From: Alphaproteobacteria bacterium
Lineage (GTDB): Bacteria; Pseudomonadota; Alphaproteobacteria; JANQMY01
Direction of reading: 5' to 3'
Assembly (NCBI GenBank): GCA_965227095.1
Contig: CBDDFL010000001.1
Coordinates: forward strand, 3,039-67,038
DNA length: 64,000 bases
This document shows positions 42,755 to 52,381 of the stretch, piece by piece (position 1 is the stretch's first letter; each line of letters opens with the position of its first letter). The notes under the pieces are model-generated. The model was not told the origin of the DNA, did not search any database, and saw only the letters and a program-made list of their open reading frames with translations. Made by a program: the position numbers and the translations under genes.

Positions 42755-43737
42755 TGGGAAGCTCCGAACTCGGTTGCGCCGGGGAGGTAGAACTCGGTGA
42801 TGCCGCGCCTGCCATCGTGGCGACCGGCCTGAATAATCACATCGATGGAGTTCTCAATGTATTGGATCATGTCGGCATAGGTCATCGGGATTTCGGTCTT
42901 GAGCGCGGCGATTGCGAGGCGCTGCACAGCTAATTGCGGGGTTTCTGCGTGCAGCGTGGTCATGGAGCCGCCATGGCCGGTGTTGATGGCCTCGAGGAAT
43001 GTCATGGCTTCCTTTCCACGCACCTCGCCCAGGATGATCCGGTCGGGACGCATGCGCAGCGTGGCGGTGAGCAGCACATCGGCGGTCTGGAATTCTGCGT
43101 CGCGATTGGCGATGAGGGTCACGGCATTGGGCTGGGTCGGCAGAAGCTCGGCGGCTTCCTCGATGGTGATGATCCGTTCCTCGGACGGCACGTGGGAGAG
43201 GATCTTGCGCGCGGCGACGGTTTTGCCGGTGGAGGTGCCGCCAGAGACAATCATGTTGAGCTTGTTTTCGACGCAGAAGGCCAAGGCATCGTCGATCACG
43301 CCAGACGCCACGACCTCGCGCAGTTCCCGGGTTTTCTCGAGGCGGAGTTCTTCAAGCTTGCGTTCTTTGCCGTAGAGGAAATCAAGCGCGATCCCGTCGA
43401 GCGGCAGGCTTGAGAAGAACCGTAGGCTGATCGACATGGCAGAGAGCACAGCGGGTGGTGTGATGACCTGGGCCCGGATCGGGCGGCCCTTGTAGGTGAT
43501 CGAGACCGAGACGATGGGGCGGTCCTTGCTCATCGTGGTGTTTGCGGAAGAGGCGATCTGGTTGCCGAGGTCTTTCACCTCTGTCGTGGTCAACGCCTGC
43601 TCCAGCTTTCGCATGAAGTGATCGCCCTGGAGTTCTCCCCAGCAGGTGCCATCGGGATTGATGCAGATCTCGATGACATCGTCGCGTGCGGCGGCGTCGA
43701 TCCGATCAAGCGAGGTCTGGAGATAGCTCAGCGACAT
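42751..43737 (-). CDS. virB11: T4SS ATPase VirB11
   Basis: 328 aa. Walker A SGGTSTGKT, the RPDRIILGEVRG motif and GHGGSMTTLHA. Confidence 0.9.
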   Translation of the reverse strand: MSLSYLQTSLDRIDAAARDDVIEICINPDGTCWGELQGDHFMRKLEQALTTTEVKDLGNQIASSANTTMSKDRPIVSVSITYKGRPIRAQVITPPAVLSAMSISLRFFSSLPLDGIALDFLYGKERKLEELRLEKTRELREVVASGVIDDALAFCVENKLNMIVSGGTSTGKTVAARKILSHVPSEERIITIEEAAELLPTQPNAVTLIANRDAEFQTADVLLTATLRMRPDRIILGEVRGKEAMTFLEAINTGHGGSMTTLHAETPQLAVQRLAIAALKTEIPMTYADMIQYIENSIDVIIQAGRHDGRRGITEFYLPGATEFGASQ

Positions 43738-43741
43738 GGAC

Positions 43742-45121
43742 TCAGAAGATCTCCAGATCGCGGTCGACCATCACCGTCACGCGGGCGCCCTGGTCGACAT
43801 AGATGACGGGGCCGATGGAGAGATAGTCGCCAATCACGCTGTCCGTGGCATCGGCCAGATCATCGCCCACGTCTTCGAGCACGTCCGCGGCGGTCTCGTC
43901 CTGCACGTTTGCAGCGGCGGCACTTGGCGCGGCGGAGATCAGCGAAATCAGCGCCGCCGAGCCGAAGCGCTCATCGAACCGGGTGTCGACAAACCCAGTC
44001 ACGCCGGAACGACCCAGTTCATCGCCCCCAAAGGAACTGATCTGGATGGTTTGATTGTCGGGCAGGATGATACGATCCCAAGCGATCGTCACCCGGCGCT
44101 GCGCGATATCGACGCCCGAGCGATAGCGCCCGATGAGGCGGGAGCCGCGCGGGATCAGAAGGCGCGAGCCATCGAAACTGAACACGTCTTCGGAAACGAC
44201 GGCGCGGGTCTGGCCCGGCAAGGAGCTGTCGAGAGCGGTTTCCATGACGGCCTGGATCATCGTGCCCTGTAGAATCGTGTTGGACGGGTTTGCGATGACC
44301 TCGGCTTGTGTCACCGACGTCGGCAGCGCGCCGTTCAGCACGAAATCCGTCACTTCGCCAAAAGTCCGCTCGGCTAACGCCGTCTCGTTCGCGCCGGTGG
44401 TGCCGCCAAAAGCGATCGTTGGCGAGGCGATGCGGCGCTCCTGGAATGCGCGTTCCTCAGCCGCGCGGCGTTCAAGTTCCGCGAGCTGTCTGGCCTCCTC
44501 TTCCCGGCGCAGGCGTTCCTCTTCTCGTGCGCGCAGCTCGTCCTCAGATGGGCCCAACGGCGCGGGGGCAGGGCGATTGGCTTCGAGTAGCGCGAGTTCG
44601 AGGTCCATGCGGAGCTGCTCCAACTCGCGATCCCGCGCCGTCAGTTCGTCCTGGAATCGTTGCTGTGCGGCTTCCGAGGCGGCTTGGAGCGCAGCGATCT
44701 GAGCGGTCAGCGCGCCGATCGCCTCTGCGGCGGCGGTGTCTTCCTCGACGACCGGTTCAGGGGCGTTGCGCAATTCCTCGATCTGGGCCTGAAGGGCTGC
44801 GAGCTGTGCCAGAAGCTCAGCATTGGGCTCGACCGGATCGGGTGCGACGAACACAACCTCGGGCTCGGGCGGGGGCAAGGTCTCGATGGCGCCGAACCCG
44901 TCGCCTTCGTTCTGGAACACGTCCGGCGTGGCCGTGGGAAGGGCTTCCTCTTCCTCGGGTTGGGACATGAGATAGAGCAACGCACCGCCGGCGCCGATCA
45001 CGAGGACGACGACCAAAGCGAGCAGCGGTGAGCGCCGTGGGGCAGGGGGCGAACCAGCGCCCTTGCCTTGTTCTAGAGCAGCGAGGCGTTTCTCGAGGTC
45101 TGCGTTTCCAGTATCGCTCAT
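43742..45121 (-). CDS. virB10: T4SS VirB10/TrbI
   Basis: Start chosen at MSDTGNAD (ATGA overlap with the virB9 stop). Has a TM helix, a Pro/Glu-rich linker and a conserved C-terminal TrbI domain (RVTIAWDRIILPDNQTIQI). Confidence 0.9.
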   Translation of the reverse strand: MSDTGNADLEKRLAALEQGKGAGSPPAPRRSPLLALVVVLVIGAGGALLYLMSQPEEEEALPTATPDVFQNEGDGFGAIETLPPPEPEVVFVAPDPVEPNAELLAQLAALQAQIEELRNAPEPVVEEDTAAAEAIGALTAQIAALQAASEAAQQRFQDELTARDRELEQLRMDLELALLEANRPAPAPLGPSEDELRAREEERLRREEEARQLAELERRAAEERAFQERRIASPTIAFGGTTGANETALAERTFGEVTDFVLNGALPTSVTQAEVIANPSNTILQGTMIQAVMETALDSSLPGQTRAVVSEDVFSFDGSRLLIPRGSRLIGRYRSGVDIAQRRVTIAWDRIILPDNQTIQISSFGGDELGRSGVTGFVDTRFDERFGSAALISLISAAPSAAAANVQDETAADVLEDVGDDLADATDSVIGDYLSIGPVIYVDQGARVTVMVDRDLEIF

Positions 45122-45918
45122 GAGCCTACCCCCGCAGGTGGTGTGGCCTCGATGCAGACCACCTCCTCCCCGATCCGCAGCACCCATTGTCGGTTCACGC
45201 CTGAAACCCGGATCACGCCGTCCTCGGTGGCTTGCGTGTTGACCGTGCGCTCACGGCCATTGGCGTAGCGGAAGATCGCAGGCACCGGCGCGTTCCGCGG
45301 AAATTCGAAATACGTAAACGTCCCGTCATCCCAGACACGGGTGGGGGTGAACTCGGTCCGCGCGCTGGCACCGTAATTATAGTTCGGCGCTTGGGCCGCG
45401 ATGGCACGTGTGGGCCGCGTATTGTCTTCAGGGTAGCGGAACTGGACCACGTAAAAGGTCGGACTGCGGGTCTCCTGGACGTTAAAGTAATAACTGCGCC
45501 TGTTCGTGTAGACGGTCACATTGGTATGCACCCCGCGCGCCACCGGCTTGATCGCGAAGGCCTGACCGCCGGGTACGCCGTCGATCTCGAAGCCTTCCGT
45601 GTCGCCCGCAATGATCGAGCGGATGCTCTCGCCTTCCCCGAACTCGACCGTGGTCACATGGGTGAGCGACACGCTGAGGCGGTAGACCTGACCTTCTTGA
45701 TATGTTGCCAGCCGCACCCGATTGTCATTGGGCCCGCCACGCGGGATGGCTTCGGCGAAGGCAACGACTGGCAGCAAAACGAAAAGGACAACAACTGCAG
45801 TTCGTACGAGCAACAAACATGCGTTTCCGGAATAAGTAGTGTCACCGATACCCTGCCGCGCTGCGCGCTCTCGGCACATTGACGACAAGATAATTTGAAG
45901 TGAATTCCAGAAGCGCAT
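45118..45918 (-). CDS. virB9: T4SS VirB9
   Basis: Signal peptide (VVVLFVLLPVVAFAEA). VirB9/CagX-like core YRLSVSLTHVTTVEF...YTNRRSYYFNV. Confidence 0.85.
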   Translation of the reverse strand: MRFWNSLQIILSSMCRERAARQGIGDTTYSGNACLLLVRTAVVVLFVLLPVVAFAEAIPRGGPNDNRVRLATYQEGQVYRLSVSLTHVTTVEFGEGESIRSIIAGDTEGFEIDGVPGGQAFAIKPVARGVHTNVTVYTNRRSYYFNVQETRSPTFYVVQFRYPEDNTRPTRAIAAQAPNYNYGASARTEFTPTRVWDDGTFTYFEFPRNAPVPAIFRYANGRERTVNTQATEDGVIRVSGVNRQWVLRIGEEVVCIEATPPAGVGS

Positions 45919-46574
45919 TAATTCTCCAATCTGTCGGAGCGGATGGAATACTCGAGCACGGTGAAGCCGAATGGATTGGTCCAGACCTCGTCGATGGAGC
46001 GGCGGGTCTCCGGGCGGAACTCGAAGAGAAGCGTGGCAGTGAAGAGGCCTGTCTGAACGCCATTGATAGACGTCAGGCGCTTGCGCAGGCGGACCGTGGC
46101 GCGGTTGGTTCCGATCCGGTTGATGCTGAGGATTTCCACGTCGAGCCGGGCATTGGGGCCATAGACGGTCGGCGGGTAATTTTCGTTGGCGCTGTTCCAG
46201 ATCTGGCGCAGCCCGCTCTCGGCGGCCCCATCCGAGCGGCGCAGGACGCTGCGGATGCGCAGATCGTTGTCCAGCTGGTTATAGACCTCCCGGTCGGTCA
46301 CATAGCGGAAGACCTCCGCCTCGATGATCGCCTGATTGGCGGTCACCGAGGAGGCGCCCACCGAGGCTTCGGGGAGAGCAAAACCGGTGGCGGGATCGTA
46401 GGGGACAACAACCGGGGGCGGGTCGACATCGAGGATCGAGACAGCCGCGGCACTCAGACAGCCGATGATACCGAAGACAAGGCCCATCAGGCCAAGGCGT
46501 TGCCAGAGCCGTTCGCGGCGTAAGGCACCATAGACCAGTTCTTCCTCGATGATTTCTTGTTCAGTCGCCACCAT
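45918..46574 (-). CDS. virB8: T4SS VirB8
   Basis: 218 aa with an N-terminal TM helix and an NTF2-like VirB8 periplasmic domain. Lies between the virB5-like gene and virB9. Confidence 0.8.
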   Translation of the reverse strand: MVATEQEIIEEELVYGALRRERLWQRLGLMGLVFGIIGCLSAAAVSILDVDPPPVVVPYDPATGFALPEASVGASSVTANQAIIEAEVFRYVTDREVYNQLDNDLRIRSVLRRSDGAAESGLRQIWNSANENYPPTVYGPNARLDVEILSINRIGTNRATVRLRKRLTSINGVQTGLFTATLLFEFRPETRRSIDEVWTNPFGFTVLEYSIRSDRLEN

Positions 46575-46588
46575 TCATGCCCCCACGA

Positions 46589-47401
46589 TCAGTCTGCCCG
46601 GAGGTCCGGTAGCGTGAAATCCATGAAGCGCTGCTCTTCGGCGATGGTGGCGGCATCGATCACGCCGCCGGTGCCATCGCCCACCGTTTGAATCGCTTCC
46701 AGCTGCCACATCGCCACGAGAGCGATGGCCAATTCAGCTGTCACGCGCGTGTTGAGATCGACGCTTTGCTTGAGCTCTTCCATGTCGTCAATGAGCCCGA
46801 CAAGGCGGTCTACCCGCTCGAGCGATTGGCCGGCATCCTCATAGCTGTTCTGGGCCGCCGCCGAGACAAGGGCACCGGTGGTGGCCTGCGTCGCCACGCG
46901 GTTGGCCCCGGGATTGCCGCTCGTGGCCATTTCCGAGAGGGTGTCATCGTCAAATCCGAGATCGGCCAGCACCCGATCCATCTGGGTTTCGATCTCGCCT
47001 GCGCCAGAACCGGACAGGCCGGAGAAATCCCCAGTCTTGATCGCCTCAATCGTGGCGAGGATGTCCCCGAACTCCTGGTCGAGTAGACCGTTCAACTCGT
47101 CTTCCATCTCGGTGCGGATGATTTCTGGAAGCTCGGCAAGTCGGGTGAGCGCTTCATAGGTTCTTTGCAGCTCCGCGAGTTGATCCGTGAGTGTGGCAAG
47201 CTGTTCGCGGAGCTGCGTCAGCTGCTCGTTCTGCAAAATCTCGTCTTCGATCATCTGCCGCAGCTGTTGGATGTTTTGCGCGATGTTCTGGGTGTCGACG
47301 ACCGGTACACCTTGTGCTGCGGCAGGGGGTAGGACGCTGAACTGCAAGCCAACGCCAAATGTCGTGGCCAAAGCTGTCCTCAAGAGCAGATGTCCCATCA
47401 T
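46589..47401 (-). CDS. virB5: VirB5/TrbJ-like minor pilus protein
   Basis: Signal peptide, then VVDTQNIAQNIQQLRQMIEDEILQNEQLTQLREQL coiled coil typical of VirB5/TrbJ. Confidence 0.65.
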   Translation of the reverse strand: MMGHLLLRTALATTFGVGLQFSVLPPAAAQGVPVVDTQNIAQNIQQLRQMIEDEILQNEQLTQLREQLATLTDQLAELQRTYEALTRLAELPEIIRTEMEDELNGLLDQEFGDILATIEAIKTGDFSGLSGSGAGEIETQMDRVLADLGFDDDTLSEMATSGNPGANRVATQATTGALVSAAAQNSYEDAGQSLERVDRLVGLIDDMEELKQSVDLNTRVTAELAIALVAMWQLEAIQTVGDGTGGVIDAATIAEEQRFMDFTLPDLRAD

Positions 47402-48573
47402 TCAATCTCCCTGATCGTGAAATCCATGAATGCGCCCTCGGCCATGCGGGCGGTGGCCTGCGCCAATTCTTCTGCGCTCAGGACATGGGTCCGCGCCGAC
47501 TGAAGCCGGATGCGCGCGGCGACGAGGCGCACGAGTTCGGCGCGGGCATAGGTGTTGAGCGCGATGCTTTCCTGCACATCCTCGGTTTCGGAAATCCGCG
47601 TGACGATGTCTTGGATACGCAGGGCAGCTTGCCTGATCGCGGCGGGCGAGTTGTTGCCATAGAAAGCCGCGCCATGCCCAGTGAGCGAGAGGTTCGCATT
47701 GGCGAGAAGCGCCGGATCGATCGTGCCGAGCGCTTCGATCCCACCGATGCGGCTCAGATAGAGATTGTAGCGTTCGGGGATCACCTGGACGTAGTGCTGG
47801 GTCTCGGCAAAGGGCGGGACACCGCCATATTCAAAGACCCGGCCGGGTCCGGCATTATAGGCCGCGAGCGCGTTGATGATGTTGCCATCGAAGGTGTTGA
47901 GTTGGGTGGCGAGATAGCGCGCGCCGCCATGCACCTGCAGGTAGGGGCTGTCGTAGTATTCCGGGTTGATGCCGAGATCGCTGGCGGTGCCCGGCATGAT
48001 CTGGGTGAGGCCGAAGGCGCCGACCGGCGAGCGCGCGCCGATGGTGAAGCGGCTTTCCTGCCAGATGAGTGCCTGGAGGAGCGCGCGCCACTGCACCGGT
48101 GAGAGACCGGCGCGGCCAACACCCGCAAAACCGCTGGTCTCTTGCGCGACGCGGATGATGAGCTGCTCTATGTTTTCTGCCGCATCCCCGAACATCTGTG
48201 CGCCGCCGGGATTGGGGTCGATGTCGGCATTGCCGTAGACCGCTTCGACGGAACGGGCTGGATCGCCGCTTCCGTTTTCCAGTCCCGAGACCATCGCCGA
48301 CAGTCCCTGACCGCCGAAGCTGGTTTGGGCATCCAGGATGCGCTGCAGGGTCTCGAGTTGCTCCCGTTCGATCTCGGCAATCAGTTCGCGCACGGCAAGC
48401 TTGTCCGCCTGAACGGCCAAGTCCGCTTCGCGGTCGCCGGTCTCGACGATATCGCGCGCGGTCAGCCCGCTGTCATTGGTCGGCACACCTTGGGACAGGG
48501 CGATGCCGGGCAGCAGGCAAAGCGCCAGGATATGGGGCAGCTTAGACCTCAACGTCACCCTCCGGGGTGCCAA
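47398..48573 (-). CDS. Second lytic transglycosylase (SLT domain) with VirB5-like coiled-coil flanks
   Basis: LIWQESRF (catalytic Glu), GLTQIMPGTA and AAYNAGPGRV. Its C-terminus FMDFTIREIE resembles the C-terminus of the virB5-like protein (FMDFTLPDL). Confidence 0.8.
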   Translation of the reverse strand: MAPRRVTLRSKLPHILALCLLPGIALSQGVPTNDSGLTARDIVETGDREADLAVQADKLAVRELIAEIEREQLETLQRILDAQTSFGGQGLSAMVSGLENGSGDPARSVEAVYGNADIDPNPGGAQMFGDAAENIEQLIIRVAQETSGFAGVGRAGLSPVQWRALLQALIWQESRFTIGARSPVGAFGLTQIMPGTASDLGINPEYYDSPYLQVHGGARYLATQLNTFDGNIINALAAYNAGPGRVFEYGGVPPFAETQHYVQVIPERYNLYLSRIGGIEALGTIDPALLANANLSLTGHGAAFYGNNSPAAIRQAALRIQDIVTRISETEDVQESIALNTYARAELVRLVAARIRLQSARTHVLSAEELAQATARMAEGAFMDFTIREIE

Positions 48574-48709
48574 GGGGCGTGAAGGTACAATCGGGTGCGA
48601 CGGGTGCCGTCGAGGCGAGGAAGGTAAAGCAATTGGCCTGCGGTTCCTGGTACTGGGCGCAGGAGGCCAAGGCGCCGAGCGCGGCGAGAAACAACAAAAT
48701 GCGTGTCAT
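48542..48709 (-). CDS. virB7: VirB7-like small lipoprotein (55 aa, below the ORF-track cutoff)
   Basis: My own translation is MTRILLFLAALGALASCAQYQEPQANCFTFLASTAPVAPDCTFTPLGTPEGDVEV. It has a lipobox (LASC), and its ATG overlaps the virB4 stop (ATGA). Confidence 0.55.
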   Translation of the reverse strand: MTRILLFLAALGALASCAQYQEPQANCFTFLASTAPVAPDCTFTPLGTPEGDVEV

Positions 48710-51096
48710 GAAATCCTCCAGAAGTCCGAGCGGTCGCGGTAATCGGCGCCGACCAGCGCCTCACCTTTCTCCATGCCGCCGAGGATGGTGAGATTGGCTC
48801 CGAGGGCGCTGAGATCGGCATCGACGACGATGGATCCCTGGTCGTCGCGGATGAGCGCAAGGCGGCTGTCGCTGCCGGTGTTGAGAAGCACGTCGAGCTC
48901 CTTCTCGTAGAGATTGAGCATGGCGTAATCCGAGGCGTTGGCGCGGATGTTCGGGAGCAGGATCTGCGTCGGCACTGCTTCGACGATGGTCTTGCCGGTG
49001 CGGGTGCGTTCGAGCTGGCTTGCGTATTGCGTCATCATCACGGCAACCGTGTTTTGCTTGCGCGCGGTCACCAGCCAGTTCGAGAGCCGCTCGGCGAAAT
49101 ACGCGTTGTCGAGGGCCTTCCAGGCCTCGTCGATCACGATGATGGTGGGGCGGCGGTCCTCGATTTCGCGCTCGACCCGGCGGAAGAGATAGGACAGGAC
49201 CGCCATCCGTTCCTTGTCGGCCTCGCTGTCGAGAATGCCGGTCAGATCGAAGCCCACCACATCGCCCTTGAGCGAGAACGTGTCCTCGAGGCTCTGCCCG
49301 AAGATCCAGCCATAGCGGCCGTCCTCGGTCCATTCGAGCAGGCGCTGGTGCAGATCGCCGCCATCGTCGGTGGACACAAAAAGCGATGCGAAATCCCGCC
49401 AGTTCCGCAGGGCCGGGTTTGTGGCCTGCGCGTTCTGGCGCACGACTTCCTGGATGCGATTGGTCTGGGCAGGAGTGAGCGGCTTGTCGGCGCGGTAGAG
49501 CAGGGTGACAAGCCAGTCCGAGAGCCAGGCGGTGCCGCGCGCATCGGTCTCGGTCCAGAGCGGGTTGAGGCCCGTGGGCTGACCGGCGTTCAGGGACGCG
49601 TAGCGCCCGCCATTGGCGCGGACCGCCATCTCCATACCAAGACGGTAATCGAAGACGAAGATCCGCGCGCCTGCGCGACGGGCTTGCGTCATCAGAAAGG
49701 CGGACAGCACCGATTTGCCCGACCCGGGCCGCCCCATGATCAGGGTATGCCCGCTGGTCGGTTCTTTGTCGGGCGAGCCTTGCTCGTGATAAGAAAACCG
49801 GTAGGCGCTCTGCTCCGGCGTGGGCAAATATGTGACGACCCGGCCCCAGGGGGTAAGTGCTGCAGGTTTGCCGAGCTGCGTTCGGTGGAAGGCCGCGAAA
49901 TCTGCAAAGTTGCGATTGGTGACGGCGCTGGCACGCACGCGCTTGGGCTGGTTGCCGGGATGCTGGCTGAGGTAATGGGCCTTTGCGGCGACCCGCTCAC
50001 CGATCATCTTCACGCCTTCGGTCGCGGCGGCGTTCACGATTTCGGCGCTGAGGGTTTGCAGTTCTTCGAGCGTGTCGCAGAAGAGCGTCACGATCATGTG
50101 ATGCTCGCCGAAGCTTTGGCGCTTGGCCTCGAGATCATCGGCGGCGATATCGAGGGCTTCCAGGAGGGAGAGGGCCGCATCCTGGCTGGCCTGCATCTGG
50201 CGCTTTTGTCGTTTGATGCGGCCCGCCATGAGGTTCGAATTGATCGGTGTGAAGGAATGGGTGACGATCATGTCGACCGGCAGGTTCAGCATGTCGAACA
50301 TGGTGCAGGAGGTGCCTTCCGAGTATTCTCCGATGGTGAAGCTCTTGCCGTAGCGGTGGCCCACGACGCCCTCGGAAAGCTCGAAATGGTCGCCGTGAAA
50401 CGTCACGCGGGTATTGGCGACGTTGAAGGACAAAAAGCCGTAGGTATTGGCGGGATAGAGCGGCAGCTCGGTTCCTGTGTTGAGCGCGCCCAGAAACCCC
50501 ACCAACTCTCCCGATCCGGCTGACAGCAGGCGCGGCTTGAGCTCGGTAAGCCCCGAGAGGAAGACGTTCACGGCCTCACCGAGGCGCTGCAGGCGTTTGC
50601 GGGTCTCCTCTCTCAGCCGGTCCGGCGCGCTGCGGCTGAGGAACGGCAGGAGGCTTTTCGGGGGTGGGCGGTGAATGACGGTGAGCGTCAGCGTCTTGTC
50701 GCGCAGCCCGCTGGTCTCGAGTTTCGCGCGCCAGCGCCGGTCGACCTCGCCTGCGAAGCTGTCCTCACGGATCGGGTCGAGATCAGGTTTGATGGCCTTG
50801 GAGACCTTGTGGACGTAATAGCTGAATTCCGGCCCCAGCTGCGCAACGATGCGGGCAAAGAGCGCCGTCACCTTGTCGAGATAGGCATCATCTGTCGTGT
50901 AGCTGTTGATCCCCTCGAGCCGGATGCAGCGGAAGAGTTCGTTCACCCGGGTCCGCACGGTCTGGTCGTCGACGAGGCTCACATAGGGCAGCATATGCGC
51001 GAGGCGGGTCTCGCGCGCATACCAGTCTGGCGTCATTGTGCGGGCATCGAGCGCAGCATCACGGGCGTCATCACGGGGCATAGCTGTCCCCGCCAT
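48706..51096 (-). CDS. virB4: T4SS ATPase VirB4
   Basis: 796 aa. Walker A GRPGSGKS, Walker B IIVIDEAW and overall CagE/TrbE/VirB4 layout. Confidence 0.95.
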   Translation of the reverse strand: MAGTAMPRDDARDAALDARTMTPDWYARETRLAHMLPYVSLVDDQTVRTRVNELFRCIRLEGINSYTTDDAYLDKVTALFARIVAQLGPEFSYYVHKVSKAIKPDLDPIREDSFAGEVDRRWRAKLETSGLRDKTLTLTVIHRPPPKSLLPFLSRSAPDRLREETRKRLQRLGEAVNVFLSGLTELKPRLLSAGSGELVGFLGALNTGTELPLYPANTYGFLSFNVANTRVTFHGDHFELSEGVVGHRYGKSFTIGEYSEGTSCTMFDMLNLPVDMIVTHSFTPINSNLMAGRIKRQKRQMQASQDAALSLLEALDIAADDLEAKRQSFGEHHMIVTLFCDTLEELQTLSAEIVNAAATEGVKMIGERVAAKAHYLSQHPGNQPKRVRASAVTNRNFADFAAFHRTQLGKPAALTPWGRVVTYLPTPEQSAYRFSYHEQGSPDKEPTSGHTLIMGRPGSGKSVLSAFLMTQARRAGARIFVFDYRLGMEMAVRANGGRYASLNAGQPTGLNPLWTETDARGTAWLSDWLVTLLYRADKPLTPAQTNRIQEVVRQNAQATNPALRNWRDFASLFVSTDDGGDLHQRLLEWTEDGRYGWIFGQSLEDTFSLKGDVVGFDLTGILDSEADKERMAVLSYLFRRVEREIEDRRPTIIVIDEAWKALDNAYFAERLSNWLVTARKQNTVAVMMTQYASQLERTRTGKTIVEAVPTQILLPNIRANASDYAMLNLYEKELDVLLNTGSDSRLALIRDDQGSIVVDADLSALGANLTILGGMEKGEALVGADYRDRSDFWRIS

Positions 51097-51391
51097 GGAT
51101 GGACCTGTTGCGCGTGGGCGGTGTCTCCTGCAGGGCCGTCATCATCACGTCGATGAAACGCGGGTCCCAATCTGCGGCCTTCCACAGTACCGGATAAAGA
51201 AGGGCGGCCACGCCCAGCACCCCGATGTGCTGGACCCAGACGAACAAGAGCACCGAGCCGAAAAGCCAGACCATCGCGTACATGATGGGCAGGCCCAGAA
51301 GCTTTGGCGGACGCACGAGGCCGAGAAAGAGAGGCGAGCGCTCAGCCACCGGCAAAGACCGCGGCAACAATGGTGGGGGCGGCCGCAACAC
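51071..51391 (-). CDS. virB3: T4SS VirB3
   Basis: SPLFLGLVRPPKLLGLPIMYAMVWLFGSVLLF is VirB3-like. A GTG at 51349 (8-nt overlap with the virB2 stop) is the more likely start. Confidence 0.75.
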   Translation of the reverse strand: MLRPPPPLLPRSLPVAERSPLFLGLVRPPKLLGLPIMYAMVWLFGSVLLFVWVQHIGVLGVAALLYPVLWKAADWDPRFIDVMMTALQETPPTRNRSIHGGDSYAP

Positions 51392-51635
51392 CGGCGATGC
51401 CCACGAGGACCCAAAGCGCTTGGCGCAGGTCGATGATGTTGAAGAACCAGCTCAAGAAAACGCCGAGGACCGCGAGTGTGGCGATGACCACACCAAGAGG
51501 GCCGGTCAGCGCATCGACAATGCCCTGCAACAAGCTTTGGATCGGGGAGAGATCAATGCTCTGTGCAAGGGCGGGCTCGGCAATGAACAGGAATAGCGCC
51601 AGCGAGGCGACAAAGAGGTTTGAAATCTGTCTCAT
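51342..51635 (-). CDS. virB2: T4SS pilin VirB2/TrbC
   Basis: 97 aa with a signal peptide ending ALAQS and two hydrophobic helices, as in VirB2 pilins. Confidence 0.8.
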   Translation of the reverse strand: MRQISNLFVASLALFLFIAEPALAQSIDLSPIQSLLQGIVDALTGPLGVVIATLAVLGVFLSWFFNIIDLRQALWVLVGIAGVAAAPTIVAAVFAGG

Positions 51636-52381
51636 GAATTTGATCCTTCCAATCGGGCTACGACGGCCATGACGCGGGCCACGTGGTTCTGGGTTTCTCG
51701 GTAGGGGGGGACGCCGCCATACTGGCGGACCGCATCGGGTCCGGCGTTGTAGGCAGCCAGCGCCAGGTGCGGATCGCCGAACGTCTCCAGCATCATCGCG
51801 AGGTAGCGGGCGGAGCCGTCAAGGTTCTGCAGCGGATCACGCGGGTCGACGCCCAGATCACGCGCCGTCGCAGGCATCAATTGACCAAGGCCAATAGCAC
51901 CTGCACTTGAAATCGCATCCTGCCGGTAGGCGCTCTCAACCTCGATATTGGCGCGGTAGAGGACCAGCCAATCCGTCACGGAAAGCCCCGCGCGACGCAG
52001 GCCGGGATGGCCGGCATAGCGCAAGGCCGTGGTCTGAATCCCGGAGAGGACATCGGCGCGGGGCAGGGGAGTCGGGCGGGCAAGGGCCGCGACTTGGACG
52101 CCCTCTTGCTCGGTCTCTACCTCGCCGAAGATCGCGATCCCATCGGAGGCCGAACCCTGACCAATCCCGTCATTGTAGTTTCGAGCAAAGCTGCTTTGGG
52201 AGCGGGACGGGGTTAGAGAGCCGTCGCTCTCCATGACCAGGACCATCTGTGCGGAGGCAGGTGCTGCGACCAGCCAGAGACAGACGAGGTTAGTTGCCAG
52301 TGCCCTTGTCTGATGGAGCTTTGTCTGGCGGGGCGAGTTTATGCGTACGGCTTGTCCCCGCTTCAAGCGGCAGGTCGACAT
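51632..52381 (-). CDS. virB1: Lytic transglycosylase VirB1 (start uncertain)
   Basis: SLT motifs IEVESAY, GLGQLMPATARDLG and AAYNAGPDAV. The long upstream extension of the ORF (to 52633) overlaps another ORF and looks non-coding. Confidence 0.8.
   Translation of the reverse strand: MSTCRLKRGQAVRINSPRQTKLHQTRALATNLVCLWLVAAPASAQMVLVMESDGSLTPSRSQSSFARNYNDGIGQGSASDGIAIFGEVETEQEGVQVAALARPTPLPRADVLSGIQTTALRYAGHPGLRRAGLSVTDWLVLYRANIEVESAYRQDAISSAGAIGLGQLMPATARDLGVDPRDPLQNLDGSARYLAMMLETFGDPHLALAAYNAGPDAVRQYGGVPPYRETQNHVARVMAVVARLEGSNS

Noticed and set aside
49027-50523. 498-aa plus-strand ORF inside virB4
   Set aside because: It is an antisense shadow ORF of a confidently identified VirB4 gene, with low-complexity composition.
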